Of a stretch of 64,000 nucleotides of DNA, positions 20,611 to 31,273 are shown piece by piece (positions within the stretch are counted from its first letter, which is position 1; each line of letters begins with the position of its first letter). Source of the stretch: Myxococcales bacterium (GTDB lineage: Bacteria; Myxococcota_A; Polyangia; Palsa-1104); contig JAYUBF010000264.1 in NCBI GenBank assembly GCA_043741435.1, positions 381 to 64,380 of the forward strand, read 5' to 3'. Below the pieces are notes generated by a model. It was not told the origin of the DNA, made no database searches, and saw only the letters and a list, made by a program, of their open reading frames with translations. The position numbers were made by a program, and so were the translations under genes.

Positions 20611-21149
20611 ATCGCCTGCACGTGCTGGTGCGCGGTCGTGGAGGTCGCACTGCGCGTGGCACTCGCACCGTCCTCGCCACGCGGCTTCGTCGGGCCATGC
20701 GCGCCGCCGGCCTCGACGGCGTCGAGCTGTCGCTGTCCCTCTCCGACGACCATGAGCTTCATCGGCTCAACCTCGCGTGGGCCGGCGAAGATCACGCGAC
20801 GGACGTGCTGTCGTTCTCGCAGCAAGAAAGTGGCTTCGCACCGTCCGCGGCAGGACGAGAGCCGCTGGGGGACGTGGTGATCTCCGTCGAGTACGCAGCG
20901 CGACAGGCTGCGGCGCGGGGTGCTGCGCTACCCGCCGAGCTGTTCCACCTCGCGGTGCATGGCCTCGTGCATCTCCTCGGCTACGATCATCGCGGCGCGC
21001 GCGAGGAGAAGATGATGTTCGGTTACGAGGAGGCCCTGCGCCGTTCAGCGCTCGGCAAGGGCCCGGTGGCGAAGATCAGCGCGCCACGTAAGGGTAGAGC
21101 GCCACCGTCGCCGTCGGCTCGGGGCCCGTCAGCACGTCGGCCGCGATGA
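20607..21149 (+). CDS. ybeY: rRNA maturation endoribonuclease YbeY
   Basis: TDVLSF, LGDVVIS, HGLVHLLGYDH. Confidence 0.94.
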   Translation: MNRLHVLVRGRGGRTARGTRTVLATRLRRAMRAAGLDGVELSLSLSDDHELHRLNLAWAGEDHATDVLSFSQQESGFAPSAAGREPLGDVVISVEYAARQAAARGAALPAELFHLAVHGLVHLLGYDHRGAREEKMMFGYEEALRRSALGKGPVAKISAPRKGRAPPSPSARGPSARRPR

Positions 21150-21423
21150 ACGATCCGCGGTAGAGCTCGGCACCGTCGGTAGACTCGCCGCGCAGGGTGA
21201 CCGCATCGTAGAGTGGGAGCTTGCTGAAGCTGACCCTATTCGGCGCGAGCATGTCGTCGCAGAGGTAGTGGTCGCGCTCCGGGCCTCGGCTCTCGACGGA
21301 GATCCCGAGCACGGCCGCGTCGGTACACGCGCGTCCGTCCGCGAACGTGATCGCGAGATAGATGGGTGGCGCAGTGCCGCTATTGCACGCGGACAGCGGC
21401 CCGAAGAGGCAGAGGGACAGCAA
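21076..21423 (-). CDS. Hypothetical lipoprotein
   Basis: Lipobox LSAC; overlaps the 3' end of ybeY. Confidence 0.55.
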   Translation of the reverse strand: MLSLCLFGPLSACNSGTAPPIYLAITFADGRACTDAAVLGISVESRGPERDHYLCDDMLAPNRVSFSKLPLYDAVTLRGESTDGAELYRGSFIAADVLTGPEPTATVALYPYVAR

Positions 21424-21465
21424 CCAGGAAAACCATGGGGATGGGCCGAACAGCGACGAATGATA

Positions 21466-21921
21466 TCACAGCCGCTTCCAGTACAAGTACTCGACGATGT
21501 CGGGCTTCACGAAGGCCGGGAGCGCGCAGCGCTGCACGTAGCCGGCGCGTTCGTAGAAACGCTGGGCACGCTGGTTGAAGTCCGAGACCAAGAGGAACAT
21601 GTGACGCGATTCTAAGGCGACGCGCTTCTCCACCTCGTCGAGCAGCGCCTGGCCACGACCACCCGACTCGTGACCCGGTGCAAGAGCGATGAGCTTCAGG
21701 TAGCCACCAACGCCGAGGCCGCCCCGCACGAGAAAGCTCGCGAAGCCGACCGGAGCGTCTCCGGTCATGCACACGAGCAATCCTTCGCCCGCATCGATCC
21801 CACGCTGAAGATCGCGAGCGAGGCCTTCCTCCGTCACACCGTAGCGAGCGAGCAGCGGCTGGTTCGCCGTGGCACGCGCGAGCGCGTCGAGGTCGGTCGT
21901 GCGCGCGTCGCGAATCTCCAT
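21466..21921 (-). CDS. GNAT acetyltransferase
   Basis: IALAPGHESGGRGQALL (motif A), NQRAQRFYERAGY (motif B). Confidence 0.9.
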   Translation of the reverse strand: MEIRDARTTDLDALARATANQPLLARYGVTEEGLARDLQRGIDAGEGLLVCMTGDAPVGFASFLVRGGLGVGGYLKLIALAPGHESGGRGQALLDEVEKRVALESRHMFLLVSDFNQRAQRFYERAGYVQRCALPAFVKPDIVEYLYWKRL

Positions 21922-21922
21922 G

Positions 21923-24028
21923 TTACGGCGTGAGGTCGTCGGCGAACGCGGGCTTCAGGTTCGACGCCACGCCCCAGCGCGTCTTCTTCCACTTGGACTG
22001 GTACGCCATCCAGAGGCCCATGGCGTCGGTCACGAAGCGGCGCGCGTACGCGTGGTCCTTCGACAGGTCCTTGTCCTCCAGCGGATCGGCGACCGCGTCG
22101 GAAAAGCGCGTATCGCCCGAGCCACCGACCCACAGCTTGTAGCGGCCGAGGCGCATCGCGTGCGCGAGCTCGTACTGGCTCGCCACCGCGCTGCGCGGGT
22201 AGCCACGACCCACGCCCTGCGCGAGGGGAATGAGCGACTCGCCCTGCGCGGCGTCGGGGATCTTCTGACCGAGCGCGTCGGCGATGGTCGGCAGAAGATC
22301 GATGGTCTCCACACCCTCGTCGACGATACCGGCGGGGAACAACGGTGGGTAGTAGATGGCGAGCGGGGTGTGGACGAGCTCCTCACGCAGCGATTGACCG
22401 TGACCGATCTTGCCGTGCTCCCAGAACTCGTCGCCGTGATCGGCCGACAGGATGATCATCGTGTCCTTCAACCGACCGCGCGCTTCGAGGAGCTTCAGCA
22501 GCTCACCGAACTGGTGATCGTTGTAGGAGATGTCCGAATCGTAGAGCGCTTTGACCCGGACCCGGTCGCGGTCGTTCAGCTTGAGCTTGCCTGCGATGAC
22601 GAGATCGAGCTGCGGATCGGAGAGCGACTTCACGTACGGTCCCGTGTAGCCCGGCTCGTCGTACTTCTCAATCCACGGCGAGTGTGCGCGCCACGACACG
22701 TGCGCGTCGATCGTGCCGATGTACATGAAGAACGGCTTCGTATCGTTCTTGGTGATCCAGCCGCCGCCTTCCTTCACGAAGTCCTCGGCCTTGAGGCCGC
22801 CACCGTCGTGGATGTGGTTCTTCAGGACATCGAAGCCCTCGCCGAAGCCCCAGCGCGCGGTGATGTAGCCGTTGCCCATGAAGCCGACGCTGTAGAGGCC
22901 CGCGGCCTTCGCGATCTCCGGGAACGTCTCGAACGAACCGGGGAGCACGGCGTTCGACGGGATGAACTTGTGCACAGACGGATAGACGCCGGTCCACTGG
23001 CTCGCGTGCGACACCCGCGACTCGTTGCCTTGCACGTAGGCCGACGAGAACAATGTCGCTTGCTGCTGGAGCCCGTCCATGATCTTGGTCTCGACGCGCG
23101 TGTGCGGGTTGAACACCTTGAACTTGTCCGCGCGCGTGGAGTCGGTCATCCAGAAGAGCACGTTGCGCGGCTTGGCGGCCTTGCTGCTGGTCGGCGCGTC
23201 GCCCTTCATCGTGAGCGCGCCGGTCTTCAGCGTGCAGCCCGCGGCGCAGTCGAGCTGCAGGCGAACGATCTCGCCGGCGAGTGGCGACAGATCGAGGGGC
23301 GTGCCGGCGGTGGTCGAGCCGCTCACGTTCTTGCCGTTGCGGGCGGAGGCCGTGACCTGCGCCACGCCGTCGACGAGGACGGCTCCACCCGCCGGAACTT
23401 GCACGTAGTACGCGAGGCCGCCCGTCGGTGGAATCGCGATGCCGGCCTTCGTGCCGACGTTGAGTGAGCCGAGGTCGGTGGCCGGCCCCCCACCGATGAG
23501 GATGCCCTCGATGGCGGCCGCGGCCTTTTGCCCGCCGAGCTTGCCGGACTGCGCGAACACCAACGTGATGCGGTTCTCACCCGTGGCGAGGGTCCCTTCG
23601 GGTAGCGGCACCGGGATCGCACCGAAGGTCTCCGGCAGGTTCACCGCAGCACCGGCCTTGCCCGCGATGCTGGCGCGTACGGTCTGCTTCGCGACCCCCT
23701 TCGCCACCAGCACCAGCCCACCGCGCTTCGCTTGCTCGGCGGTCAGCGGCACCTCGAGCACGGCTTGGGTCGTGGCGAGCGCCACGCGCCTGCCGTCTTC
23801 GGTCGCGTTCAGCTTCCAGGTGGCCGTCGGCCGCGAGAAGTGGACGTAGCGCGCCATGCTCGGCGCGCCCGCTGCGATCAACAAGCCACCTTGTCGCTGG
23901 AGGTGAGCGAGCGGGCGGTTGGCCACCAGATCGAAGACCGGATGGTCGGCGTGAGCGACGCCAGTACCGACGGTGAGAGCAGCGCTGCAGAGGAAAACGG
24001 ATCGGAACAGGCCGGGGAGGAATCGCAC
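21923..24028 (-). CDS. Secreted sulfatase-like hydrolase
   Basis: Signal peptide; NVLFWMTDSTRAD, SHASQWTG, SADHGDEF, HG..L..ELVHTPL. Confidence 0.85.
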   Translation of the reverse strand: MRFLPGLFRSVFLCSAALTVGTGVAHADHPVFDLVANRPLAHLQRQGGLLIAAGAPSMARYVHFSRPTATWKLNATEDGRRVALATTQAVLEVPLTAEQAKRGGLVLVAKGVAKQTVRASIAGKAGAAVNLPETFGAIPVPLPEGTLATGENRITLVFAQSGKLGGQKAAAAIEGILIGGGPATDLGSLNVGTKAGIAIPPTGGLAYYVQVPAGGAVLVDGVAQVTASARNGKNVSGSTTAGTPLDLSPLAGEIVRLQLDCAAGCTLKTGALTMKGDAPTSSKAAKPRNVLFWMTDSTRADKFKVFNPHTRVETKIMDGLQQQATLFSSAYVQGNESRVSHASQWTGVYPSVHKFIPSNAVLPGSFETFPEIAKAAGLYSVGFMGNGYITARWGFGEGFDVLKNHIHDGGGLKAEDFVKEGGGWITKNDTKPFFMYIGTIDAHVSWRAHSPWIEKYDEPGYTGPYVKSLSDPQLDLVIAGKLKLNDRDRVRVKALYDSDISYNDHQFGELLKLLEARGRLKDTMIILSADHGDEFWEHGKIGHGQSLREELVHTPLAIYYPPLFPAGIVDEGVETIDLLPTIADALGQKIPDAAQGESLIPLAQGVGRGYPRSAVASQYELAHAMRLGRYKLWVGGSGDTRFSDAVADPLEDKDLSKDHAYARRFVTDAMGLWMAYQSKWKKTRWGVASNLKPAFADDLTP

Positions 24029-24129
24029 GGGCTGGAGAGTAGCAACCTCGCGGCGTGTGGTAAAAAAACGCGCACGGTGGAATCGGCGCGCCTATCGAAT
24101 CCGCGTCGACAACGTCGCTGCGCCGTAGG

Positions 24130-24909
24130 CTACTTGCCCGACGCCTCGGGCTTCACCGTCGGTGCTGCTTTCGGCTTCACGGGCGTGGTGTTCGCTGCCG
24201 GCGTCGCGCCTGGCGCAGGCGGGGTGCCGGCCGCGATCGCAGGCTGCACGGGTGCGCCGCCTTGCGTGTCCGGAGTCTCCTCCGGCGCGCGCTCCCAGCG
24301 ATCGACGCGACCCGAGCCGGTGGTGTCGTAGCCGATGCGGTCGAGCTTGCCGCCTTCGTAGTACTCCCAGACGTCGACCCTGCCGTTTTGCTTCGACGAC
24401 CGCTCGATGCGCGCGAGCTTCTCGGTCTCGTAGAACTTCCACACGTCGGTCTTGCCGTCGTAGTTGGTGTCCATCTCCTGACGGATGATCTTACCGAGCT
24501 GGCGGTAGGTCTGGAGGTCGACCTTGCCGTCGAAGTCGAGGTCGAACTCCTCGTGGGCTACGTTCGAGGACGCGTCGTAGTAGACCCAGATGTCCTTCTT
24601 GCCGTCGTAGTTGAGATCGACTTCTTTGCAGGTGAGGGCGTCCACCTGCGCGCCGTTCTCGACCACCTTCACGTAGAACTTCCACACGTCCGGCTTCTTG
24701 TCGCCGTTGATGTCGAGCTCCACGACCTTCTTGCCATTCGGCTCGCACCGGCTCTTGTCGACGACGGCAGCCTCGGGCTGGTTGCCCTGGCCCGCGTTCG
24801 CTGGGGTGTTGGTGTCCTTCTTGTTTCCGGCACAAGCAGCCAGGAACAGGGGGCCCAAAAGCACTGGGGACAGGCTGATCACAGCAAGGATCTTCGAAAG
24901 GCGGCGCAT
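24130..24909 (-). CDS. Lipoprotein with repeated DxNxDGKxD (Ca-binding-like) motifs
   Basis: Lipobox LAAC; DINGDKKPD, DLNYDGKKD, DLDFDGKVD, DTNYDGKTD; Pro/Ala-rich tail. Confidence 0.85.
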   Translation of the reverse strand: MRRLSKILAVISLSPVLLGPLFLAACAGNKKDTNTPANAGQGNQPEAAVVDKSRCEPNGKKVVELDINGDKKPDVWKFYVKVVENGAQVDALTCKEVDLNYDGKKDIWVYYDASSNVAHEEFDLDFDGKVDLQTYRQLGKIIRQEMDTNYDGKTDVWKFYETEKLARIERSSKQNGRVDVWEYYEGGKLDRIGYDTTGSGRVDRWERAPEETPDTQGGAPVQPAIAAGTPPAPGATPAANTTPVKPKAAPTVKPEASGK

Positions 24910-24953
24910 GGGCGTGAGCCTACGACGGGCCCAACAGCGTCGCAAGCAGCCTG

Positions 24954-25548
24954 CTACCAGCTTGGGCGCTTGAGCGACTCACCCTGGCGACGTAGATCGC
25001 GCTCCACGAAGCTCACGAGGTCGCGCTGTCGCTTGTGATCGAGCTCGACGATGCCCTGCGTTTCCGCGGTGCGTGCTTGCAGCAGGCCGAGGTAGAGCAG
25101 GCCAATGTCGAGCTGGATGTAGCGGCCGGGCGTGACGCCACCGCCTTTGCCGACGACGATGATTCTGATCTGCGGTGTGATTGTTCAGCGCGACGGCCTT
25201 CGGGTGCGCGAGGTTCGCGAAGGACGGGGCGATGCCGATGCGTTGCCCCGGCAGCGGAGGTCGGTTGCGGTCGAAGATGTTGTAGATGACGTGGTCGAGA
25301 CCGATCTGCGCGGAGAAGTCGTGGAACGTGCCGGCGATGTGATCCTCGTCGAGCTCATGCGGTGGCTTCGGGGCATTCAGCAGGCGATCCGACTGGCCGA
25401 GGTTGAACTCCCGTGCCGAAGCGCCGTTCACCACGATGGCCTGCTTGGGCAGCTTCGGCAGGTCTGCGTCCGCCAGAATCGGTCTGCCCACCGTCACGGC
25501 CCCGGGTAATGCAAGGTGTGTACCGGATTGGCCAGATTTGGACGCCAC
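24954..25548 (-). pseudogene. Frameshifted hypothetical gene
   Basis: Coding-like codon use switches frame at ~25182 (GCG CTG AAC A ATC ACA CCG) and continues ITPQIRIIVVGKGGGVTPGRYIQLD...KRPSW to a TAG at 24954. Confidence 0.55.
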
Positions 25549-25588
25549 GAGTGACGTGATGTATGGTCATCCGTAGGGACGGCCGCCA

Positions 25589-25771
25589 ATGAGCAGAAAG
25601 AAAATCTCTACGACGGTTTACATCACGCCCGAGCAGGACGCGGCGCTCAAGAGCCTCCACCAGCAGACGAAAGTTCCCGTTGCCGAGTACATCCGACAAG
25701 GGATCGACCTCGTGCTCCACAAGTATCGCGAGTACCTCCCGGGTCAACAGTCCCTATTCGACCTCGAGTAG
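25589..25771 (+). CDS. cdbA: Ribbon-helix-helix protein, CdbA-like
   Basis: RKKISTTVYITPEQ...TKVPVAEYIRQGIDLVL matches my recollection of the myxobacterial c-di-GMP-binding nucleoid protein. The RHH fold is clear; orthology is unverified. Confidence 0.7.
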   Translation: MSRKKISTTVYITPEQDAALKSLHQQTKVPVAEYIRQGIDLVLHKYREYLPGQQSLFDLE

Positions 25772-25896
25772 CCCCCACTGTTTTGGCGGCCGCTGAGCCA
25801 CGGCTAACGGGCCGGAGTTGCTCGACGTAGCTGACGATACGACGAGCCGGAAGGCGGCCACCCGCGCTGGAATGTGGTACATCCGCGCCTCGCATC

Positions 25897-27696
25897 ATGG
25901 CCACCGACGCTAGGTTCATCCGCAACTTCTCGATCATTGCGCACATCGATCATGGCAAATCCACGCTCGCCGACCGAATCCTCGACGCGACCGGGGCACT
26001 CTCCGACCGTGAAAAGAAGGAGCAGTTCCTCGACAAGATGGAGCTCGAGCGCGAGCGGGGCATCACCATCAAGGCCCAGTCGGTGCGGCTCCACTACATG
26101 TCCGACGCGGGGCAGGAGTACCTGCTCAACCTCATCGATACGCCGGGACACGTCGACTTCGGCTACGAAGTAAGCCGCGCTCTCGGCGCTTGTGAAGGCG
26201 CGCTGCTGGTGGTCGACGCGGCGCAAGGCGTCGAAGCGCAGACGCTGGCGAACGTGTACCTCGCGCTCGACAACCACCTCGAGATCGTCCCGGTCCTCAA
26301 CAAGGTGGATCTGCCGTCGGCCGATCCAGAAGGCGTGAAGAAGCAGATCGAAGAGGTCATCGGGCTCCCCGCCGACGACGCGGTCCTGTGCTCCGCGAAG
26401 ACGGGTCTCGGCATCCACGAGGTGCTCGAAGCGATCGTGAAGCGTGTGCCGCCGCCGAAGGGCGACGTGGGCGCGCCGCTGCAGGCCCTCATCTTCGACA
26501 GCTGGTACGACAGCTACAAGGGTGTCATCTGTCTCGTGCGCGTGAAGAACGGCACCGTGAAGAAGGGCGTGCGCATCCGCCTCGTCGCCACGCAGAAGGA
26601 CCACGAGGTGCTGTCGGTCGGCGCCTTCACGCCGCACCCCGTCGAGCTGGCCGAGCTGGCGTCGGGCGACGTCGGTTTCATCATCGCCAATATCAAGGAC
26701 ATCAAGGACACGAAAATAGGCGACACCATCATCGAGGTCGATCGTCCGACCGCGGCACTGCCGGGCTTCAAACTCGCGAAGCCCATGGTCTTCGCCGGCA
26801 TCTTCCCGACGGACTCGGCGAAGTACACCGACCTTCGCGATGCGCTCGAAAAGCTCGCGCTCAACGACTCTTCGTTCACCTACGACTTCGAGACCTCTCT
26901 CGCGCTCGGCTTCGGCTTTCGCTGTGGCTTCCTCGGTCTCCTCCACATGGAGATCATCCAGGAGCGCCTAGAGCGCGAGTACGACATGGACCTCATCGTC
27001 ACGGCACCGACGGTGCGCTACCGCCTCACGCTGAACGACGGCGAGGTCAAGGAGGTGGCCAACCCGGCCGACGTCCCGGACTCGGGCAAGTACCACCACA
27101 TCGACGAGCCCATCATCGCGGGGACGATCCACCTGCCGCAGGAGTACGTCGGCAACATCATCACGCTCTGTCAGGAGCGTCGCGGCATGCAGACAGGCCT
27201 CGACTACGTGGGCGACAACCGAGTCATCGTGCGCTACGACCTGCCGCTCGCCGAGGTCGTGTTCGGCTTCTACGACAAGATGAAGACGGTCTCGCGCGGC
27301 TACGCTTCGCTCGACTACGAGATCAAAGAGTATCGCGAGGCCGATCTCGTGCGGCTCGACCTCCTGGTGAACGGCGAGAAGGTGGACGCACTTTCGATCA
27401 TCAGCCACCGCGAGCGCGCCTTCAGCCGCGGCCACGACCTGTGCGTGAAGATGAAGGAGCTCATCCATCCGCAGATGTTCGAGGTCGCGATCCAGTCGGC
27501 GATCGGCAGCAAGATCATCGCGCGCACCACCGTCAAGGCCTTGCGCAAGAACGTGACCGCGAAGTGCTACGGCGGTGATATCTCGCGCAAGCGCAAGCTC
27601 CTCGAGAAGCAGAAGGAAGGCAAGAAGCGGATGAAGCAGGTAGGCACCGTCGAGATTCCGCAAGAGGCCTTCCTGGCCGTGCTGAAAGTCGACTGA
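25897..27696 (+). CDS. lepA: Elongation factor 4
   Basis: [50 protein letters not shown]. Confidence 0.99.
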   Translation: MATDARFIRNFSIIAHIDHGKSTLADRILDATGALSDREKKEQFLDKMELERERGITIKAQSVRLHYMSDAGQEYLLNLIDTPGHVDFGYEVSRALGACEGALLVVDAAQGVEAQTLANVYLALDNHLEIVPVLNKVDLPSADPEGVKKQIEEVIGLPADDAVLCSAKTGLGIHEVLEAIVKRVPPPKGDVGAPLQALIFDSWYDSYKGVICLVRVKNGTVKKGVRIRLVATQKDHEVLSVGAFTPHPVELAELASGDVGFIIANIKDIKDTKIGDTIIEVDRPTAALPGFKLAKPMVFAGIFPTDSAKYTDLRDALEKLALNDSSFTYDFETSLALGFGFRCGFLGLLHMEIIQERLEREYDMDLIVTAPTVRYRLTLNDGEVKEVANPADVPDSGKYHHIDEPIIAGTIHLPQEYVGNIITLCQERRGMQTGLDYVGDNRVIVRYDLPLAEVVFGFYDKMKTVSRGYASLDYEIKEYREADLVRLDLLVNGEKVDALSIISHRERAFSRGHDLCVKMKELIHPQMFEVAIQSAIGSKIIARTTVKALRKNVTAKCYGGDISRKRKLLEKQKEGKKRMKQVGTVEIPQEAFLAVLKVD

Positions 27697-28745
27697 TGGC
27701 TTCCGGATACGAAGAGTGGAAGCAGCGGCGGCGCGCAATCCGCAGCGGTGCCATCTTGTCGCGCGAGGCGCGCCGTGGCCTTCGTCGCTACGAGCAACGC
27801 CTCACGTCCGCTGCGCAGGCCGAGATCAGGAGCGCCGTCGACAACTTCGCACGCGCCAGCCAGGGGCCCAAGACCGAGGCCGGCAACAACGCGCTCGTCG
27901 AATCGGTGAACGGACTCGACAAGGTCCTCGACGCGCACCTCTCGTTCGCCAAAAAGTCCACCGGCCGCGAGTACGCCGAAGCGATCGGCACCGCCGTGGT
28001 CATCGCGCTACTGCTGCGTGCGTTCGTGGTCGAGGCCTTCAAGATTCCGTCGGGATCCATGATCCCCACGCTGCAGGTGGGCGATCACATCTTCGTCAAC
28101 AAGTTCATCTACGGCGTGCGTGTGCCGTTCACCAACATCAAGTTCGGCACCACTGTGCGTCCGCCCAAGCGCGGTGAGGTCATCGTGTTTCGCTTCCCCG
28201 AAGATCTCGACAAGGACTTCATCAAGCGCATCGTCGGAGTGTCGGGCGATTTGATCGAGATCCGCGAGCACGTCGTCTACGTGAACAACGAGCCGGTGGA
28301 GCAGACGGCCGTCGCCGGCGACTGCGCGTACGACGACTACATCGAGCAGGACGATGAGTGGGAGAGCCGCGCCTGCCTGGCCGTGCAGGAGACTGTGGCC
28401 ACGCACCGCTACACCACGCTCTACAACAAGAGCTACGCGCAAGGCCGTACGCCGGGTGGCGAGTTTCATGGCGAGCTGGGTCCGTCGTACTCGTTCGGTC
28501 CCAAGCGCGTTCCGCCCAACAACGTGTTCGTGATGGGCGACAACCGTGACAACTCGAATGACTCGCGCTTCTGGGGCACCGTCCCCGAGGAGCTCATCAA
28601 GGGCAAGGCCATGGTCATCTGGTGGTCGCAAGGCGCGCCCGAGCACACGCAGCGCGCAGCGTGGCTCGATTGGGCCAAGTCGCTCGAGGTGGTGAAGTAC
28701 TTCTACGGCGCTCGCTACGATCGCATGTTCCAGCTGGTGAAGTGA
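27696..28745 (+). CDS. lepB: Signal peptidase I
   Basis: IPSGSMIPTL, FIKRIVG, GDNRDNSNDSRFWG; follows lepA. Confidence 0.97.
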   Translation: MASGYEEWKQRRRAIRSGAILSREARRGLRRYEQRLTSAAQAEIRSAVDNFARASQGPKTEAGNNALVESVNGLDKVLDAHLSFAKKSTGREYAEAIGTAVVIALLLRAFVVEAFKIPSGSMIPTLQVGDHIFVNKFIYGVRVPFTNIKFGTTVRPPKRGEVIVFRFPEDLDKDFIKRIVGVSGDLIEIREHVVYVNNEPVEQTAVAGDCAYDDYIEQDDEWESRACLAVQETVATHRYTTLYNKSYAQGRTPGGEFHGELGPSYSFGPKRVPPNNVFVMGDNRDNSNDSRFWGTVPEELIKGKAMVIWWSQGAPEHTQRAAWLDWAKSLEVVKYFYGARYDRMFQLVK

Positions 28746-29224
28746 TGCGCCGCGTTCTCGTTGTCACTTCGATTGTGCTCGCCGCTTGCTCGCCGAAACC
28801 TGACGCACCCAAACAGCCGGCCCATGCCGCGACGGTGACGTTGGTCGGTGAGGACGTGCCGGAAGGCGCTGCGACCCCGCTCGGCGAGGTCCTGGCCCAG
28901 CCGGACCGCTTCGCCGGTCAGACGATCGTCGTCGAGGGTGTGGTCCGCGCGGCTTGCAAGAAGAAGGGGTGCTGGATGGAGCTGTCGCCCTCCAAGGCCG
29001 ATGCCCGTGCGTGTCGCATTCGCTTCAAGGACTACGGTTTCTTCGTCCCCACCGACTCGGCCGGCGCCGAGGCCCGGCTCCGCGGCGAAGTGAAGGTCCG
29101 CTCGCTCGCCAAAGAAGAGGTCGCTCACCTCGAGAGCGAGGGCGCGACCGTGGCAAAGGCCCAAGACGGGAGCGCGAAGGCCGTGGAGATCACCGCGACC
29201 GGCGTCGTGCTCGTGCGCCAGTAG
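28745..29224 (+). CDS. DUF4920-family lipoprotein
   Basis: Lipobox LAAC; CKKKGCWM, FKDYGFFVP. Confidence 0.85.
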   Translation: MRRVLVVTSIVLAACSPKPDAPKQPAHAATVTLVGEDVPEGAATPLGEVLAQPDRFAGQTIVVEGVVRAACKKKGCWMELSPSKADARACRIRFKDYGFFVPTDSAGAEARLRGEVKVRSLAKEEVAHLESEGATVAKAQDGSAKAVEITATGVVLVRQ

Positions 29225-29229
29225 CGAAG

Positions 29230-29718
29230 ATGGCGGAACATACGCTGGAGCTCCGTGGCCTGGATCGCGCCGAGGCCTACGCACGCCTTGGGGAGACCTG
29301 CGACGCGGTCCTCGCCGGCGTCGACGATCCCGTCACCGCGATGGCCACGTTCTCGGCCTTGCTGCACCACGGCTTCGGTCATCTGTGGACGGGGTTCTAC
29401 CGCGTGGTCGAGCCCGGGCGCCTGCTCCGGGTCGGACCCTATCAAGGCACGCTCGGGTGCCTCGAGATTGCGTTCGGCCGTGGCGTGTGTGGGACCGCGG
29501 CGGCGGAGCGGCGAACGGTGGTGGTCGCCGACGTGCACGCGTTCGTCGGTCACATCACCTGCGATGCGCGCTCGGCCTCGGAGATCGTGGTGCCGGTGTT
29601 TGCGCCCGGCGGCGAGCTCATCGCGGTCCTCGACATCGACTCGTGGGTGCCAGGCGCGTTCGACGAGCGCGATCGCGCTGGCCTCGAGCAGCTGATGTCG
29701 TGGTTCGCGCGCGCCTAG
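29230..29718 (+). CDS. msrC: GAF protein, free methionine-R-sulfoxide reductase (MsrC-like)
   Basis: WTGFY, GPYQG..GC..I.FGRGVCG, HITCDARSASEIVVP, VLDIDS. Confidence 0.85.
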   Translation: MAEHTLELRGLDRAEAYARLGETCDAVLAGVDDPVTAMATFSALLHHGFGHLWTGFYRVVEPGRLLRVGPYQGTLGCLEIAFGRGVCGTAAAERRTVVVADVHAFVGHITCDARSASEIVVPVFAPGGELIAVLDIDSWVPGAFDERDRAGLEQLMSWFARA

Positions 29719-29971
29719 CCCGCGCCTTCGTACGCGATGCGCTCGATCGCGCAGTCGAGCGGTCTCAACGCAACCTGGATGGGCTCACGCGTTGCCTGAT
29801 CGTCCGCGGCTATCATCATGCGGGTCATGACGACTCCTCGTGGGGGGAACAACAAGATGTTTGCACGCAGCATGGTCTGTGCCGGCTGGCGCGTATGTCG
29901 TTGACCGGGGTTTCGAAGGCACGAGCGACACGACGCCGCGGTTCGTGCGTGAGCGCCGGGGCGAGTTGTCC

Positions 29972-31273
29972 ATGAGCGGCGACGCCAACCGCAGCGTGAT
30001 CGACTCCCTCTGTGCGGCGTTGTTCGCCAGCTCGTGGACGAAGCCGCCCGGTGCGGACGTGCTGTCGCACGTGCTCATCGCGCTGCTGGTGATCGTCGGG
30101 CTCGCCCGCATCATCGGTCGGCTGGGCCGTCGGTTCGGCCAGCCACCGGTCATCGGCGAGATCATCGCCGGCCTCCTCATCGGGCCATCGGTGCTCGGTC
30201 GCTTTGCCCCCGAGCTCACGGCGCACCTGTTCCCGAAGGCGATCGTGCCGCTCATCCAGGTCCTCGCGCAGGTCGGGGTCATCGTCTTCATGTTTCTCGT
30301 GGGCGTGGAGCTCGATCCGAGCCGGCTCCGAAAACGTGCACCGGCCGCCCTCGTCATCTCGCACGTGAGCATGGTGGTGCCCTTCGGGCTCGGCGCACTC
30401 CTCGCGCTGTATCTCTACCCGCGCTACGCACCCCACGGCGTCACGTTCACCTCGTTCACGCTGTTCGTCGGCATCTCGATGTCGGTGACGGCGTTTCCGG
30501 TGCTGGCGCGCATCCTCGCCGAGCGCAAGCTGCAGGAAACGCCGGTCGGCGTGCTATCGCTGACCTGCGCCGCGATCGACGACGTCACCGCGTGGTGCGC
30601 ACTCGCAATCGTCGTCGGGATCGTGAAGAGCGAGCTCACGCCGGCGATCACCACGATCGTGGCGGCGCTCGTTTACGTCGCCGCCATGTGGTTCGTCGTT
30701 CGTCCGCTGGTGCTGCGTGCGGCGCAGCGTGTCGAGCGACTGGGCAAGCTCTCGCAAGGCGGCATGGCCTGGGCGTTGTTGGTCGCGCTCGTCTCCGCCT
30801 ACGCCACAGAGGCGATCGGCATCCATCCGTTGTTCGGTGCGTTCGTCTTCGGTGGCTGCATCCCCCACGATAGCGTGCTGGCGAAGCAGCTGCGCGAGCG
30901 CATGGAGGACCTGGTGGTGGTGTTGCTGCTACCCACCTTCTTCGCGATCACCGGAATGCGCACGCAGATCGGGCTGATCTCCGGGGGCTCTGGCTGGGTG
31001 GCGTGTGGCCTCATCTTCCTCGTCGCGTGTTGCGGAAAGCTCGGTGGCAGCACCGTCGCCGCACGCTTCGCGGGCCTGTCGTGGAGAGATTCGGCGACCA
31101 TCGGCGCGCTCATGAACACCCGCGGCCTGATGGAGCTCGTGGTCTTGAACCTGGGCCTCGACCTAGGCGTGATCTCGCCCGAGCTGTTCGCCATGTTGGT
31201 GCTGATGGCGGTGACGACGACGTTCATGACGTCGCCCTTGCTGTCGCTGCTGCGCCGCGCGGAGACGCCGTGA
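29972..31273 (+). CDS. Cation:proton antiporter (CPA2)
   Basis: GQPPVIGEIIAG, SVTAFPVLARIL, AAIDD, LMNTRGLMELV. Confidence 0.92.
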   Translation: MSGDANRSVIDSLCAALFASSWTKPPGADVLSHVLIALLVIVGLARIIGRLGRRFGQPPVIGEIIAGLLIGPSVLGRFAPELTAHLFPKAIVPLIQVLAQVGVIVFMFLVGVELDPSRLRKRAPAALVISHVSMVVPFGLGALLALYLYPRYAPHGVTFTSFTLFVGISMSVTAFPVLARILAERKLQETPVGVLSLTCAAIDDVTAWCALAIVVGIVKSELTPAITTIVAALVYVAAMWFVVRPLVLRAAQRVERLGKLSQGGMAWALLVALVSAYATEAIGIHPLFGAFVFGGCIPHDSVLAKQLRERMEDLVVVLLLPTFFAITGMRTQIGLISGGSGWVACGLIFLVACCGKLGGSTVAARFAGLSWRDSATIGALMNTRGLMELVVLNLGLDLGVISPELFAMLVLMAVTTTFMTSPLLSLLRRAETP

